A stretch of 64,000 nt of DNA from Candidatus Woesearchaeota archaeon (GCA_964513145.1 CAZELK010000003.1:32001-96000); one strand, 5' to 3'; counted from the first letter of the stretch, positions 51,755-61,418 are shown. The notes: generated by a model from the sequence alone, not told the origin. Made by a program: numbers and translations.

Positions 51755-52362
51755 GATATAGATTAGCTGAAAGATTTATAATGAATAATCAGAAATTTAG
51801 GGATATTTTATTCAAGCCTATTTTAACTGTTTTAACTTATTTTAATATAACTGGAAATTATTTAAGCAATCTGAAGTTAATTTTATCTTTACCATTTATT
51901 TACTTTGCTTTTATAAATTTAAAAATTGCTTTTGTATTCATTTTAGCTTCTATTTTTGTCGACTTATTTGACGGACCATTGGCAAGGATGCAGAAAATTA
52001 ATTCTGACAGGGGAAAGTTTGTTGATATTTTTGGGGATTTTATAATATATTTGTCTGTTATATTTACTTTATATTATCTTAATTTATTTAATAATAATTT
52101 GCTAGTTTATAATTTATTCATATTTCCCATGATAGCAATTTTATCCACTATTAGAAAACAAGAGTTTACAAAAACAGACTGGATAATAAAACCAGCACCT
52201 GAAATTGGGCATTTTAATGCTTTATTTTATTTACTTTTATTTTTATTTATTTATTTTAATATAAATTATATTGACTTAGTTTTATTTTTTATTAATCTTA
52301 TTTATACTTTTTTAACAATTTATTATTTTATATTTATACAATTTAGATGGTTAAAGAATTAA
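51748..52362 (+). CDS. CDP-alcohol phosphatidyltransferase
   Basis: DLFDGPLAR...GKFVDIFGD. Confidence 0.88.
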   Translation: MVRYRLAERFIMNNQKFRDILFKPILTVLTYFNITGNYLSNLKLILSLPFIYFAFINLKIAFVFILASIFVDLFDGPLARMQKINSDRGKFVDIFGDFIIYLSVIFTLYYLNLFNNNLLVYNLFIFPMIAILSTIRKQEFTKTDWIIKPAPEIGHFNALFYLLLFLFIYFNINYIDLVLFFINLIYTFLTIYYFIFIQFRWLKN

Positions 52363-52377
52363 GGTGATCTAAAATAG

Positions 52378-53193
52378 GCGCTTGATTTTTCGAGATTAAG
52401 AGATAATTACCTAAATAAAGCAGACCTTGACTTATATGATATTTGTATAGCTGTAGATAGTGGTCTAAATAAAATTGAAGACATTTCCAGTTTACTTAAT
52501 ACTTCTGAAAGATCAATTTTGAGAAGAATTAAACTATTAAATAATTATGGATTAAATTTTAGGATTTCTTGGACAAGGTCTCTTTCTAAAAATATTGGAG
52601 AAGTATATTTCGAGCTTCATGATCATATTGACGTTGCCTTAAGAAAACTGGATTATGCGCTTGGGATGTGGCCTTTTAACAAAGCAACAAAGTTATCTAA
52701 AGAAGAACAGGATAAAATCTTATCGACTTATAAAAGAGTTTTGAACAAAGAAATTAATTGGCCAAGTTGTTATTTTAAAAACTATAATTTAGATGAAATT
52801 ACAAGAGTAGTGCTGCCTTTTGCTCTTGAAAATGTTCTTAAATTAAACCCAGAGGATTGTTCAAAAAAAGATATCAAAAAAGCAAGACTTGGAACTCTTT
52901 TATCCAAGTATTATGGGCAGTCTATAAATAAATTTCTCAGGGTTTGTTATCCATGGCTAAAATTAAAAGTTGGCAGAAAAGAAAAATGGAATAAAGACAG
53001 GGCTTCTGAAGCAATTAGGTTATTAGTAAATAGTTATTCATGGTCTCCAGATGAAGCTTATGAAAAAATCAGACATTCACATTTCAGAGAGAAGGGATTG
53101 CTTCGCATACTTTATAATCCCCAACTCGGTTTGAAAGGTTCGCTGGATGCTGCCTTGAATTTAGCTTATCAGGAAAATATATTGTGGGAGTAA
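52378..53193 (+). CDS. HTH-containing hypothetical protein with no in-frame start codon near its SD (possible 1-nt insertion)
   Basis: Frame open from 52378; IEDISSLLNTSERSILRRIKLL HTH-like; SD AGGTGATC followed by ATAG. Confidence 0.55.
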   Translation, partial: ALDFSRLRDNYLNKADLDLYDICIAVDSGLNKIEDISSLLNTSERSILRRIKLLNNYGLNFRISWTRSLSKNIGEVYFELHDHIDVALRKLDYALGMWPFNKATKLSKEEQDKILSTYKRVLNKEINWPSCYFKNYNLDEITRVVLPFALENVLKLNPEDCSKKDIKKARLGTLLSKYYGQSINKFLRVCYPWLKLKVGRKEKWNKDRASEAIRLLVNSYSWSPDEAYEKIRHSHFREKGLLRILYNPQLGLKGSLDAALNLAYQENILWE

Positions 53194-53307
53194 GGATTTG
53201 AACCTTAGTAGGCACTGAGCCAACAGCTTTCTTTTAAGTCAAACTTAACTTGAGGTTGGACAATTTCTTTAAATTTCTGTCCCGTTTGACCGCTCCGGCA
53301 CTCCCAC
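53183..53307 (-). tRNA. tRNA-Leu(CAA) with two introns (30/31 at 53256-53276; 37/38 at 53229-53248)
   Basis: GUGGGAG/CUCCCAC acceptor, long variable arm, GGAC/GUCC BHB; 84-nt mature length. Confidence 0.88.
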
Positions 53308-53351
53308 TTAGAAGAATTTAGATTATTAATTGGTTAAAAACTTTTTGTTAA

Positions 53352-53969
53352 TTAAAAGTATTCCAGAACACTTTTTATTTTTACAGTTATTTTATATTTT
53401 TTAAATAATTGATGAAAAATATTTGTATGCTCGGAATCTATTATAATGCAACCTTTTCCTAATTTTTCTGCTTTGTACTTTTGAATTAATCCCAGATAAA
53501 ATTTTTCATTTTGTTTATATCCAAATAATTGTTTATTAAACAACACTCTTTTCGAATTTGGCTTAATATTCTCCCATATAAAAAATACCTTATGTTTTCC
53601 ATCTTTTATTTCTGGTTTATATTTTCCGTATAAAATAATTCCATTTGCAACAATACTCGGTTTTAAATCAGTCCATTTATCTAATTCTCCAATCATCAAT
53701 TTTATTTCGTTTTTAATATTTAATAATTTCCAATAATTTTTATATTTTGCAGAATTTTCAAAACCATTTAAAATTTTCTGAATTTCATTTTCAATTTTCT
53801 TATCTTCTCTTATTAAATCTATAAATATGTCTATATCACTATCTTTTCCAACTTCCTCTCTTGCTACAGACCCAAATAAAATAATATTTTTAATTTTATT
53901 TTTATCATTGATATTCTGAATCAAGAAAGATGTAAAATCCAATACATATGACATTAATTTATAATTCAT
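53352..53969 (-). CDS. Minimal nucleotidyltransferase (Pol-beta/MNT) with C-terminal extension
   Basis: ILFGSVAR...SDIDIFID. Confidence 0.85.
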   Translation of the reverse strand: MNYKLMSYVLDFTSFLIQNINDKNKIKNIILFGSVAREEVGKDSDIDIFIDLIREDKKIENEIQKILNGFENSAKYKNYWKLLNIKNEIKLMIGELDKWTDLKPSIVANGIILYGKYKPEIKDGKHKVFFIWENIKPNSKRVLFNKQLFGYKQNEKFYLGLIQKYKAEKLGKGCIIIDSEHTNIFHQLFKKYKITVKIKSVLEYF

Positions 53970-54085
53970 TTAAGCCAGCCTCTCTAAATTTTTCTTTTAA
54001 TTTATTGAAGTTATTATTTTTTAATATATAAATTTTATGGTTCATTTGAAACTATACTTAGGTTTCACTTGAAACTATTAAAAAA

Positions 54086-54949
54086 TCAAAACTTTTTGTT
54101 AATTTTTCTTAGACATAAATAAGAACATGTTTTCTTTAATTTTTTAGAGCACTCTTTACATGATATAAATAATTTATCGCATTTTTGGTTGGAGCAATTA
54201 ATATAACTGCTGCAAGGCATGTGACATAGTTCGCAGATGCTTATTTCTTTTGATTTTTTACTTACTGGAATAGACATCCTGCTGTCAAATACAAAACAAC
54301 GACCTTCAAAATATTTATCTGGGAATTTATTTATATAATCTAAAATCCCACCTTCTAATTGGAACACATTTTTGAAACCAATTTCTTTTAGAAAAGCTGA
54401 TGCTTTTTCACATCTTACGCCGCCTGTACAATATGTAATTATTTTTTTATCTTTATATTTTAACAATGATTTTTTTAACTTTTTAAATTCACGAAAAGTT
54501 TCTATATTTGGTGTTATTGCATTCTTGAATTTTCCAATTTTGCTTTCATAATTGTTTCTTGCGTCCAGAATTATTACATCTTCTTTATTATCTATTATGT
54601 TATTCAATTCTATTGGAGAAATATATTTACCTTTTTTCTTTAAATTTACTTTTAAGTCTGATGTGACTATTTCTTTTTTTACTCTTATGATCATTTTTTT
54701 AAATGGATGTTCATCAGAAATTGAATGCTTGAATTTTACGTCATTAAATAAGTCATTTTTTAGGAGATATTTTTCATATCTTGATATTTGTTCTTTTGTC
54801 CCAGAAATAGATCCGTTTATGCCTTCTTTTGCAATTAATACTTTTCCTTTTAACTTACTAATCTTGCAAAATTCCTGATTCTTTTCTTTAAATCTTACAG
54901 GTGCTTTTATTTTTACGTATTTATAAAAAGATGAAACTATTACTTTCAT
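54086..54949 (-). CDS. trhO: Rhodanese-family tRNA U34 hydroxylase (UPF0176/YceA)
   Basis: EGINGS, DARNNYE..IG.F, YCTGGVRCEK, LEGGILDY and CFVFD.R. Confidence 0.88.
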   Translation of the reverse strand: MKVIVSSFYKYVKIKAPVRFKEKNQEFCKISKLKGKVLIAKEGINGSISGTKEQISRYEKYLLKNDLFNDVKFKHSISDEHPFKKMIIRVKKEIVTSDLKVNLKKKGKYISPIELNNIIDNKEDVIILDARNNYESKIGKFKNAITPNIETFREFKKLKKSLLKYKDKKIITYCTGGVRCEKASAFLKEIGFKNVFQLEGGILDYINKFPDKYFEGRCFVFDSRMSIPVSKKSKEISICELCHMPCSSYINCSNQKCDKLFISCKECSKKLKKTCSYLCLRKINKKF

Positions 54950-55014
54950 TTTTTGAAACAAAACCTTTTTATATTTAAATTGTTTACTTTTCTAAGTAAA
55001 AAAGGTGATATAAA

Positions 55015-55641
55015 ATCAAAATTGAGATTTCAAATAAAATATTTTTTAGTTCTTTAGTATTATTGCTAATTTTAATAGCTGGTTTAGGGGTTTATGGTTT
55101 TGGCACTAGTAATCCAGCTGTTTTCGGGCATAGTGCAGAAGAAATTGCAGCAGGGACAATTGGTGGGGTTTTAACAATAACCAATAACCGAGTCGGAATA
55201 GGCACAACAAGCCCCTTGTCTCCTTTAACTGTTGTAGGAGAGATATCAGCAACTCAATTTTCTAAAAGTGGTTGTGTTTCAGGGTTTACAGATTATGGTG
55301 TATGCGTAAGCAATGGTTTTTATCTTCGTGATGATCAGATAGGGGATTTTTTTTTAGCAAGTGCTATTAGTGGTAATACTTTTTTAGGAAGGCAAGTAGA
55401 TGAACATGTTTGCACAAGAAGTGAAATTGCTGCTGCTTGTCGTTATGGTAATAGTAAAGGTTGGGCTACACCACCAAGCGGATATACTTTCTTATTAGGT
55501 GATTCTTGTGGAGATGATTGCCAGTTATATGTTAATAATCCAGATCAGTGTGCTGGTTCCCCGGCTGGTTATGTCTTTAATTTTGATGGACCAATTAATC
55601 CACATCAGGTAGCTAAATGGGCTGCAAGAATTTGTTATTAA
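55015..55641 (+). CDS. Secreted protein with FGHSA and VGIGTTSP motifs and a Cys-rich C-terminal domain (start ATC 55015 or TTG 55063)
   Basis: Hydrophobic signal region; SD AGGTGAT 5 nt before an in-frame ATC. Confidence 0.65.
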   Translation: MKIEISNKIFFSSLVLLLILIAGLGVYGFGTSNPAVFGHSAEEIAAGTIGGVLTITNNRVGIGTTSPLSPLTVVGEISATQFSKSGCVSGFTDYGVCVSNGFYLRDDQIGDFFLASAISGNTFLGRQVDEHVCTRSEIAAACRYGNSKGWATPPSGYTFLLGDSCGDDCQLYVNNPDQCAGSPAGYVFNFDGPINPHQVAKWAARICY

Positions 55642-55660
55642 ATCATTTTTTATTTTTTAA

Positions 55661-56191
55661 ATGAAAAGAATTTTACAAGTCATTAATCTGCTTGGAAAAA
55701 AAAGAAATGAAATTAATATTTCTCAAGACTCTATTGAGTTCATTACTGCTATTTCCAAAAGTTTGAGACCGGAAAATGTTTTAGAAATAGGGTGTTTTAA
55801 TGGCTATTCTGCTTTATGGTTTTCTTTATTTGCCAAGAATGTTATTACATTAGAAATTGATAATAATAATATAAAATCAGCTAAAGAAAACTTTTTTAAA
55901 GCTGGTTCTAAAAATATCAAGATAATTGAAGGCGATGCCAAGATAATTTTAAATAATTTAAAGAAAAAGTTTGAGATTATTTTTATAGACGGAAAAAAAT
56001 CAGAATATAAAGAATATTTAGAATTATCTTTAAATCTTCTTAGTAAAAATGGGTTGATTTTTGCTGACAATACTATTTCTCATAAAGATTTATTAAAGGA
56101 GTTTTTTGCTTATCTAGAAAAAAGCAGCTTGTATTATAAAGAACTTAATCTCGGGAAGGGATTAATAATAATTTCTAATAAACTTTTATAA
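55661..56191 (+). CDS. O-methyltransferase family 3 (CCoAOMT/TrmR-like)
   Basis: VLEIGCFNGYS, IFIDGKK and ADN. Confidence 0.88.
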   Translation: MKRILQVINLLGKKRNEINISQDSIEFITAISKSLRPENVLEIGCFNGYSALWFSLFAKNVITLEIDNNNIKSAKENFFKAGSKNIKIIEGDAKIILNNLKKKFEIIFIDGKKSEYKEYLELSLNLLSKNGLIFADNTISHKDLLKEFFAYLEKSSLYYKELNLGKGLIIISNKLL

Positions 56192-56258
56192 AAAGTTTAA
56201 TCAAAGAACCTTTTAACGAAAAAAGCTTCACCAAAAATTGGAAAAGCTTAAGCAAAAA
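56180..56258 (+). repeat. REP-like repeat, three tandem units
   Basis: AAACTTTT..AAAAGTTTAATCAAA; AACCTTTT..AAAAGCTTCACCAAAAA; AAAAGCTTAAGCAAAAA. Confidence 0.65.
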
Positions 56259-56343
56259 TAAAATATTCTAAAAATTCACTTATTTTTTGAGTGAAAAATT
56301 ACCAGATATTTATTTAAACAGATAAATGTAAAACGCGGATGAA

Positions 56344-57021
56344 ATGAAAGACTTAATCAGACTGGAAAATGTGGAGAAAACCTATAATCTGGGCGAGACT
56401 AAAGTCAAGGCTTTAAATAATATTAATTTAGAGATTTATCAAAATGATTTTATTGCTGTTCAAGGACCTTCTGGTTCTGGAAAAAGCACTATTGTTAATA
56501 TGATTGGATGTTTAGATACGCCAACAAATGGAAATATTTACTTGGAAAAACATAACATTGCACATTTATCAGAAAGTAATTTGGCACAAATAAGAGGAAA
56601 AAAAATCGGATTTATCTTTCAAACATTTAATTTAATTCCCAGTTTAACTGCTTTGGAAAATGTTGCCTTGCCAATGACTTTTCAGAATACATTTAGGGCA
56701 ATAAGATTAAAAAGAGCAGCAGAACTTTTAGAAAAAGTCGGGCTGGGAAACAGATTAAAACATTTGCCCAACCAATTATCCGGGGGACAAAGGCAAAGAG
56801 TAGCTATTGCACGAGCTTTAATAAATAATCCTGAAATAATTTTGGCAGATGAACCTACTGGAAATTTAGATACAAAAACTGGGGGAGAAATCATGAATAT
56901 ACTCTTGGACTTTAACCAAAAAGGAAAAACAATAATCTTAGTTACTCATAATTCTGACTTGGCTAAACTTGCAAAGAGGAATGTAATAATAAAAGATGGA
57001 GAGATAATAAAAGAAAGATGA
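56344..57021 (+). CDS. ABC transporter ATP-binding protein (LolD/MacB type)
   Basis: [13 protein letters not shown] and DEPTGNLD. Confidence 0.95.
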   Translation: MKDLIRLENVEKTYNLGETKVKALNNINLEIYQNDFIAVQGPSGSGKSTIVNMIGCLDTPTNGNIYLEKHNIAHLSESNLAQIRGKKIGFIFQTFNLIPSLTALENVALPMTFQNTFRAIRLKRAAELLEKVGLGNRLKHLPNQLSGGQRQRVAIARALINNPEIILADEPTGNLDTKTGGEIMNILLDFNQKGKTIILVTHNSDLAKLAKRNVIIKDGEIIKER

Positions 57022-57842
57022 GAATCTTAATGACGTTATTACTAATATTTTTGATATTGCCAATAGCTAATGCACAAATAGCTATACAAACTTTTAATTC
57101 TTTGCCTAGCAAGGTGTTACCTGGCGAGAAATTAAAATTAGTAATTACTTTAGGAAATGTGGGTGATGAAGATATTGAGAATATTTTAGTAAAGTTAGAT
57201 TTGTCACAAGTTCCTTTTGCTCCCTTAGGGTCTTCGAGTGAACAAGCTATTAATGAAATTAAAAATGACAGAGAGAAGACAGTTAATTTTGATTTAATTG
57301 CATTGCCGAATGCTGAATCACAGATATATAAAATACCTGTGGAAATTTCTTATAATGAAACTAAAAAAAATTCTTTAATTAGTTTAGAAGTCAGCGCCAA
57401 AACGAATATTGACTTAATTTTAGACAATACTGAGCTTGTAAAAGTGAATGACAAAGGCAAAGTAAACTTGAAATTTATAAATAATGGGTTATCACAAATA
57501 AAATTTCTTAAAGTTATCCTAGAAGAAAGTCCAGAATATGAAATAATTTCCACAAAATCTATTTATATTGGGGAAGTAGATGTAGATGATTTTGAATCTG
57601 AGGAGTTTACAATTATTCCAAAACAAAAAAACCCACAATTATCATTTACTTTAGAATATAGGGATGTAAATAATAATCAATTTAGGGAAACCAGGGTTGT
57701 TAATTTAAATATTTACACTGAAGAAGAGGCAAAACAACTTGGTTTGGTAAGCCAGAGCTTTAACTGGCTATTCATAGTTTTAGTTGTTCTAGTCTTATTT
57801 TTAATTTACTTATATAGAAGAAAGAAAAAAAATGCTGGCTGA
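57018..57842 (+). CDS. S-layer-like (COG1361-type) Ig-fold membrane protein
   Basis: Signal peptide, beta-rich, C-terminal TM; sits between ABC genes. Confidence 0.75.
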   Translation: MRILMTLLLIFLILPIANAQIAIQTFNSLPSKVLPGEKLKLVITLGNVGDEDIENILVKLDLSQVPFAPLGSSSEQAINEIKNDREKTVNFDLIALPNAESQIYKIPVEISYNETKKNSLISLEVSAKTNIDLILDNTELVKVNDKGKVNLKFINNGLSQIKFLKVILEESPEYEIISTKSIYIGEVDVDDFESEEFTIIPKQKNPQLSFTLEYRDVNNNQFRETRVVNLNIYTEEEAKQLGLVSQSFNWLFIVLVVLVLFLIYLYRRKKKNAG

Positions 57843-59016
57843 TTATTTTTTAATAGCTGTAAACAGCATCCGCCATAGAAAACTCAGATCATGGTTAACT
57901 GTTGTAGGAATAATTATTGGTGTTGCAGCAATTATATCTTTGATTACTGCTTCCAGGAGTTTAGAGAGCACAATTGAACAACAATTTGAACAATTTGGAG
58001 CTAATAGAATTTTGATTTCTGCAAAAGGTTTTCAAGGGCCTGGAACTTTATCCCAGGGGCTGACTATGGATGATGCAGGAACAATAGAAAAAATGTCTGG
58101 TTTTAAGTATGTCAGCCCAGGATTATTCAGAACTGCAGAAATAAAGAAAAACAAGGAGACTGGATTTACTTTGGTTGTTAGTTTGCCTGCGAAGGATTTT
58201 GAGCATTTTTTTAAGGATGCTGGCATGAAAATTAGTGAAGGCAGATTTATACAAGATAATGAAAAGTTTGTTGCTATAATCGGGGCAAGGGCTGCTGAGG
58301 AGATGTTTTCAAAAGAACTGGTTATTGGAAACAAGATAGAAATAAATAAAAAAGAATTCAAAATTGTTGGCATTTTAAAGGAAATTGGAAATGCACAGGA
58401 TGATAACCAGATTAACATACCTTTAGAAGCTGCAAGGGAAATTTTTAATGAACCTGATAAAATAGATACTATTGTTGCACAAGTTAAATCAGTTACAGAT
58501 ATACCTGATTTACAAAAAAAAATTGAGAAAGAGCTAGAAAGAAAAAGGGATGATACAAATTTCCAGGTTTTAACTGCAAATCAAATTTTGGAACAAATAA
58601 ATCAGGTTTTAGGAATAATTCAGATATTTTTAGTAGGAATTGCAGCAATTTCATTGATAGTTGGAGCAATCGGCATAATGAATTCCATGTATACTTCTGT
58701 TCTGGAGAGAACAAAAGATATTGGGATTATGAAAGCAATAGGAGCAAGAAATTCAGATATATTAAAAATTTTTGTAATTGAATCTGGATTAATTGGATTA
58801 GTTGGAGGAATGTTTGGCGTAATTTTAGGAACTGCAATGGCTTTGATTATTGGAAGTATTTCCAAAAATTCCGGTTTCTTATTAATAATCAAAATAGAAC
58901 CTTTAATCTTAATTTTTGGTTTAGCATTTGCTTTTTTTGTTGGCGTAATTTCTGGAATATTACCAGCTTATCAAGCTTCTAAATTAAAACCAGTAGATGC
59001 TTTGAGATATGAGTGA
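57832..59016 (+). CDS. ABC transporter permease (MacB/FtsX type)
   Basis: RSWLTVVGIIIG, SVLERTKDIGIMKAIGA and PVDALRYE. Confidence 0.95.
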   Translation: MLADYFLIAVNSIRHRKLRSWLTVVGIIIGVAAIISLITASRSLESTIEQQFEQFGANRILISAKGFQGPGTLSQGLTMDDAGTIEKMSGFKYVSPGLFRTAEIKKNKETGFTLVVSLPAKDFEHFFKDAGMKISEGRFIQDNEKFVAIIGARAAEEMFSKELVIGNKIEINKKEFKIVGILKEIGNAQDDNQINIPLEAAREIFNEPDKIDTIVAQVKSVTDIPDLQKKIEKELERKRDDTNFQVLTANQILEQINQVLGIIQIFLVGIAAISLIVGAIGIMNSMYTSVLERTKDIGIMKAIGARNSDILKIFVIESGLIGLVGGMFGVILGTAMALIIGSISKNSGFLLIIKIEPLILIFGLAFAFFVGVISGILPAYQASKLKPVDALRYE

Positions 59017-59045
59017 AGCTTTTTTTGAAAAAGCTTTATCAAAAA
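59016..59045 (+). repeat. REP-like repeat copy
   Basis: AAGCTTTTTTT-g-AAAAAGCTTTATCAAAAA. Confidence 0.55.
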
Positions 59046-59117
59046 TAAAGTATTCAAGCAAGAAAAAATGAGAAAACTTTTTACCCAATACATATATTTC
59101 TAATTTTTATTTTAGAA

Positions 59118-59462
59118 TTAATCTTCTTTTATACTTTTTTTGAAACTGACTCTGTTTGTCTTTCCCTCTGTTTTAAATTTATGAGTTATTTCTGTTTCTA
59201 TTTTCTCGAATGTTTTATTTAATGTTTTTACCAAGTCCCAATCACTATATTCAACAGAAGCCAACAAACTAGGGGCTTCTATTCTGCCGTGAACAGAATA
59301 TTTACATCTTTTCCCAGAAGCTTTCATTTTTTTGACATGAAATATTACTAACGGGTCTTGTAAATTTCGACTTGTTTTATTATAAAATCTTTCGCTATAA
59401 GTTGTTAATTTACTTAACTCATCCTCATCTAAAGAATTAACACCTATAAAATTTAGGCTCAT
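59118..59462 (-). CDS. HPF/RaiA-like ribosome hibernation domain protein
   Basis: FHVKK...KYSVHGRI...DWDL...FEKIETEI pattern. Confidence 0.6.
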   Translation of the reverse strand: MSLNFIGVNSLDEDELSKLTTYSERFYNKTSRNLQDPLVIFHVKKMKASGKRCKYSVHGRIEAPSLLASVEYSDWDLVKTLNKTFEKIETEITHKFKTEGKTNRVSFKKSIKED

Positions 59463-59509
59463 GAATTCTTTTATAGTTTTTGTTATTAATAAACCTTATT
59501 AAAGTTTAA

Positions 59510-60349
59510 TTATTTAGTATGTATTTCAATACTATCATCATCTTTTAATTCGTAATTTAATCCTACTGTCTGGCCTGCAAATTTAACTGATTTACCCCAT
59601 ACCCTTGCAAACTTAAATTTTTTTACAAAATCTTTATGCAATATATTTGCCAAATCCTTAACTATAGCTCCTTTTTTAAAAGCAATTGGCGGAAAATCTT
59701 TTTCTCTTCCTGGCTGCTTTGTATATATTTTTACCATCCCAATATTTTTCCAGATTATTTCGATCATATCAAGATCATCAAAATAAATTATATAAGGAGT
59801 ATTAACTTCATTTTCCCTTAATTCTTTTAAGACCAAGCTAATTTCTTCCTTATTTTTTCCAAATATGACTACTAAATCAGCTTGTTTTAAAATTGCCAGA
59901 AACATTGGTCCTTTTTCCTGCACAACATAATCTTTTGTTATTGCCGGAATCTCAACTATTTGAATTTTAATTCCCTTATAATCTAAAGTTCCTATTTCTG
60001 GTTTTGTTGTTGTAAATGGATGGGTTCCTATTTTAGCATTAAGTTTTGTTATTTTATTTAGGAAGGTAGTTTTTCCAGAACTTGTTGTACCAATCAAGCA
60101 AACTTGGGCTGCACCATCTTTTTTTATTGAGAAAGATGAACTTCCGCCTTTTTTCTTTGATCTGGTTTCTATTTGCTCCCTTAATTTTGCTATTTTTTGT
60201 TTTATTCCTGATCTTAATTTTTCAGATGATTTATGATTGGGAGAAGCAGCAAGAACTTTTTGCAATGCTTTTAATTTTTCTTGAGGGGTTTTTGCTTTAT
60301 CGTATTCTCCCAAGGCTACACTATATTCATATCCAGCATTAATAGGCAT
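59510..60349 (-). CDS. DRG-like OBG GTPase with TGS domain (shortened)
   Basis: PNHKSSEKLR, GKT, HPFTT and FARVWGKSVKF. Confidence 0.85.
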   Translation of the reverse strand: MPINAGYEYSVALGEYDKAKTPQEKLKALQKVLAASPNHKSSEKLRSGIKQKIAKLREQIETRSKKKGGSSSFSIKKDGAAQVCLIGTTSSGKTTFLNKITKLNAKIGTHPFTTTKPEIGTLDYKGIKIQIVEIPAITKDYVVQEKGPMFLAILKQADLVVIFGKNKEEISLVLKELRENEVNTPYIIYFDDLDMIEIIWKNIGMVKIYTKQPGREKDFPPIAFKKGAIVKDLANILHKDFVKKFKFARVWGKSVKFAGQTVGLNYELKDDDSIEIHTK

Positions 60350-60379
60350 ATTTTTATTAAAATTAAATATTATAAAAAC

Positions 60380-61141
60380 TTATTCTATAAATAGAAGAAG
60401 AACCATTACTGTTACACCAATTACAATCCCAAAAATCTGCATTAAAGATTTCCCTATTTTTACTTCTTTATGAAGTTCTGGTATTAAATCCGCAGCAGCA
60501 ATATAAATAAAGCCGCCAATTGTTAATGGCAACAGTATCAAATTATAATTTTCGAAGTAACTTCCAAATAAAATCGAAATTAAAGTGCCCAAAATTGCGG
60601 TAGTTGCGGTTAAAAAATTAAAAAACAAGGCTTTTGCTCTTGAAAAGCCACCATGTATTAAAACTCCAAAGTCGCCTATTTCTTGGGGTATTTCATGCAA
60701 TATAACTGCTATTGTTGTAGCTATTCCAGTATTTATATCGACTAAATAACTTGCACCAATAACCAAACCATCTATAAAATTATGCAAACCATCTCCGAAA
60801 AGATTTACTATTGCAAACGGGTGCGGATGATCTTTAGATGTTGGTTCGTGGCAATGTCTCCAATGTATTATTTTTTCTATTATAAAGAATAACAAAATAC
60901 CCAGAATAATGTAAATTGAAACACTTAAGCTTAAACCATATTCTTCTGCTAATTCCGGCAAAATATGGATAAACGCGTCTCCCAATAATGCGCCTGCTGC
61001 GAAACTTACTAAAAATAAAAGCATTTTTTTCAAAAGTTTATGATTTAAAACCAAGGTTAAAACACCGACAAAAGAAATAGCAGAAACTATTATCACGCTT
61101 ATTAATGAATAGAGCAGGATTGTTGAGTTTCCAAATACCAT
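60380..61141 (-). CDS. ZIP family metal transporter
   Basis: GDAFIH, HNFIDG and HEIPQEIGDF. Confidence 0.95.
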   Translation of the reverse strand: MVFGNSTILLYSLISVIIVSAISFVGVLTLVLNHKLLKKMLLFLVSFAAGALLGDAFIHILPELAEEYGLSLSVSIYIILGILLFFIIEKIIHWRHCHEPTSKDHPHPFAIVNLFGDGLHNFIDGLVIGASYLVDINTGIATTIAVILHEIPQEIGDFGVLIHGGFSRAKALFFNFLTATTAILGTLISILFGSYFENYNLILLPLTIGGFIYIAAADLIPELHKEVKIGKSLMQIFGIVIGVTVMVLLLFIE

Positions 61142-61418
61142 ATATTCTTGTTTTATTTATACTATTTAAATATTTTCTACTAATTTGATATAATTATCTT
61201 GAGAAATTTTTTTAATTCCCGAGAAATCTCCATAATTTTGCTATGACTGGGTAAAATACAAAATAATATTTACAGTTCTTTTGTAAACTTTTTATCTCTT
61301 TATAAATTAGTACGAGACAAAATCCACTGGACAGGACAAAGACCTGCCTAGGGCTTATATATAAATAGCAACTTTTTTAAAATATTGCATATTTTTTTAA
61401 TTTGTATGCTTTTTTAAG

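Noticed and set aside
53183-53200. Integrated element or att site at tRNA-Leu
   Set aside because: No duplicated tRNA 3' end and no integrase in the window
61142-61418. Possible ncRNA or small ORF between the ZIP transporter and lhr
   Set aside because: A TATA-like motif is present, but there is no ATG-led ORF or recognisable fold; treated as divergent promoter/UTR
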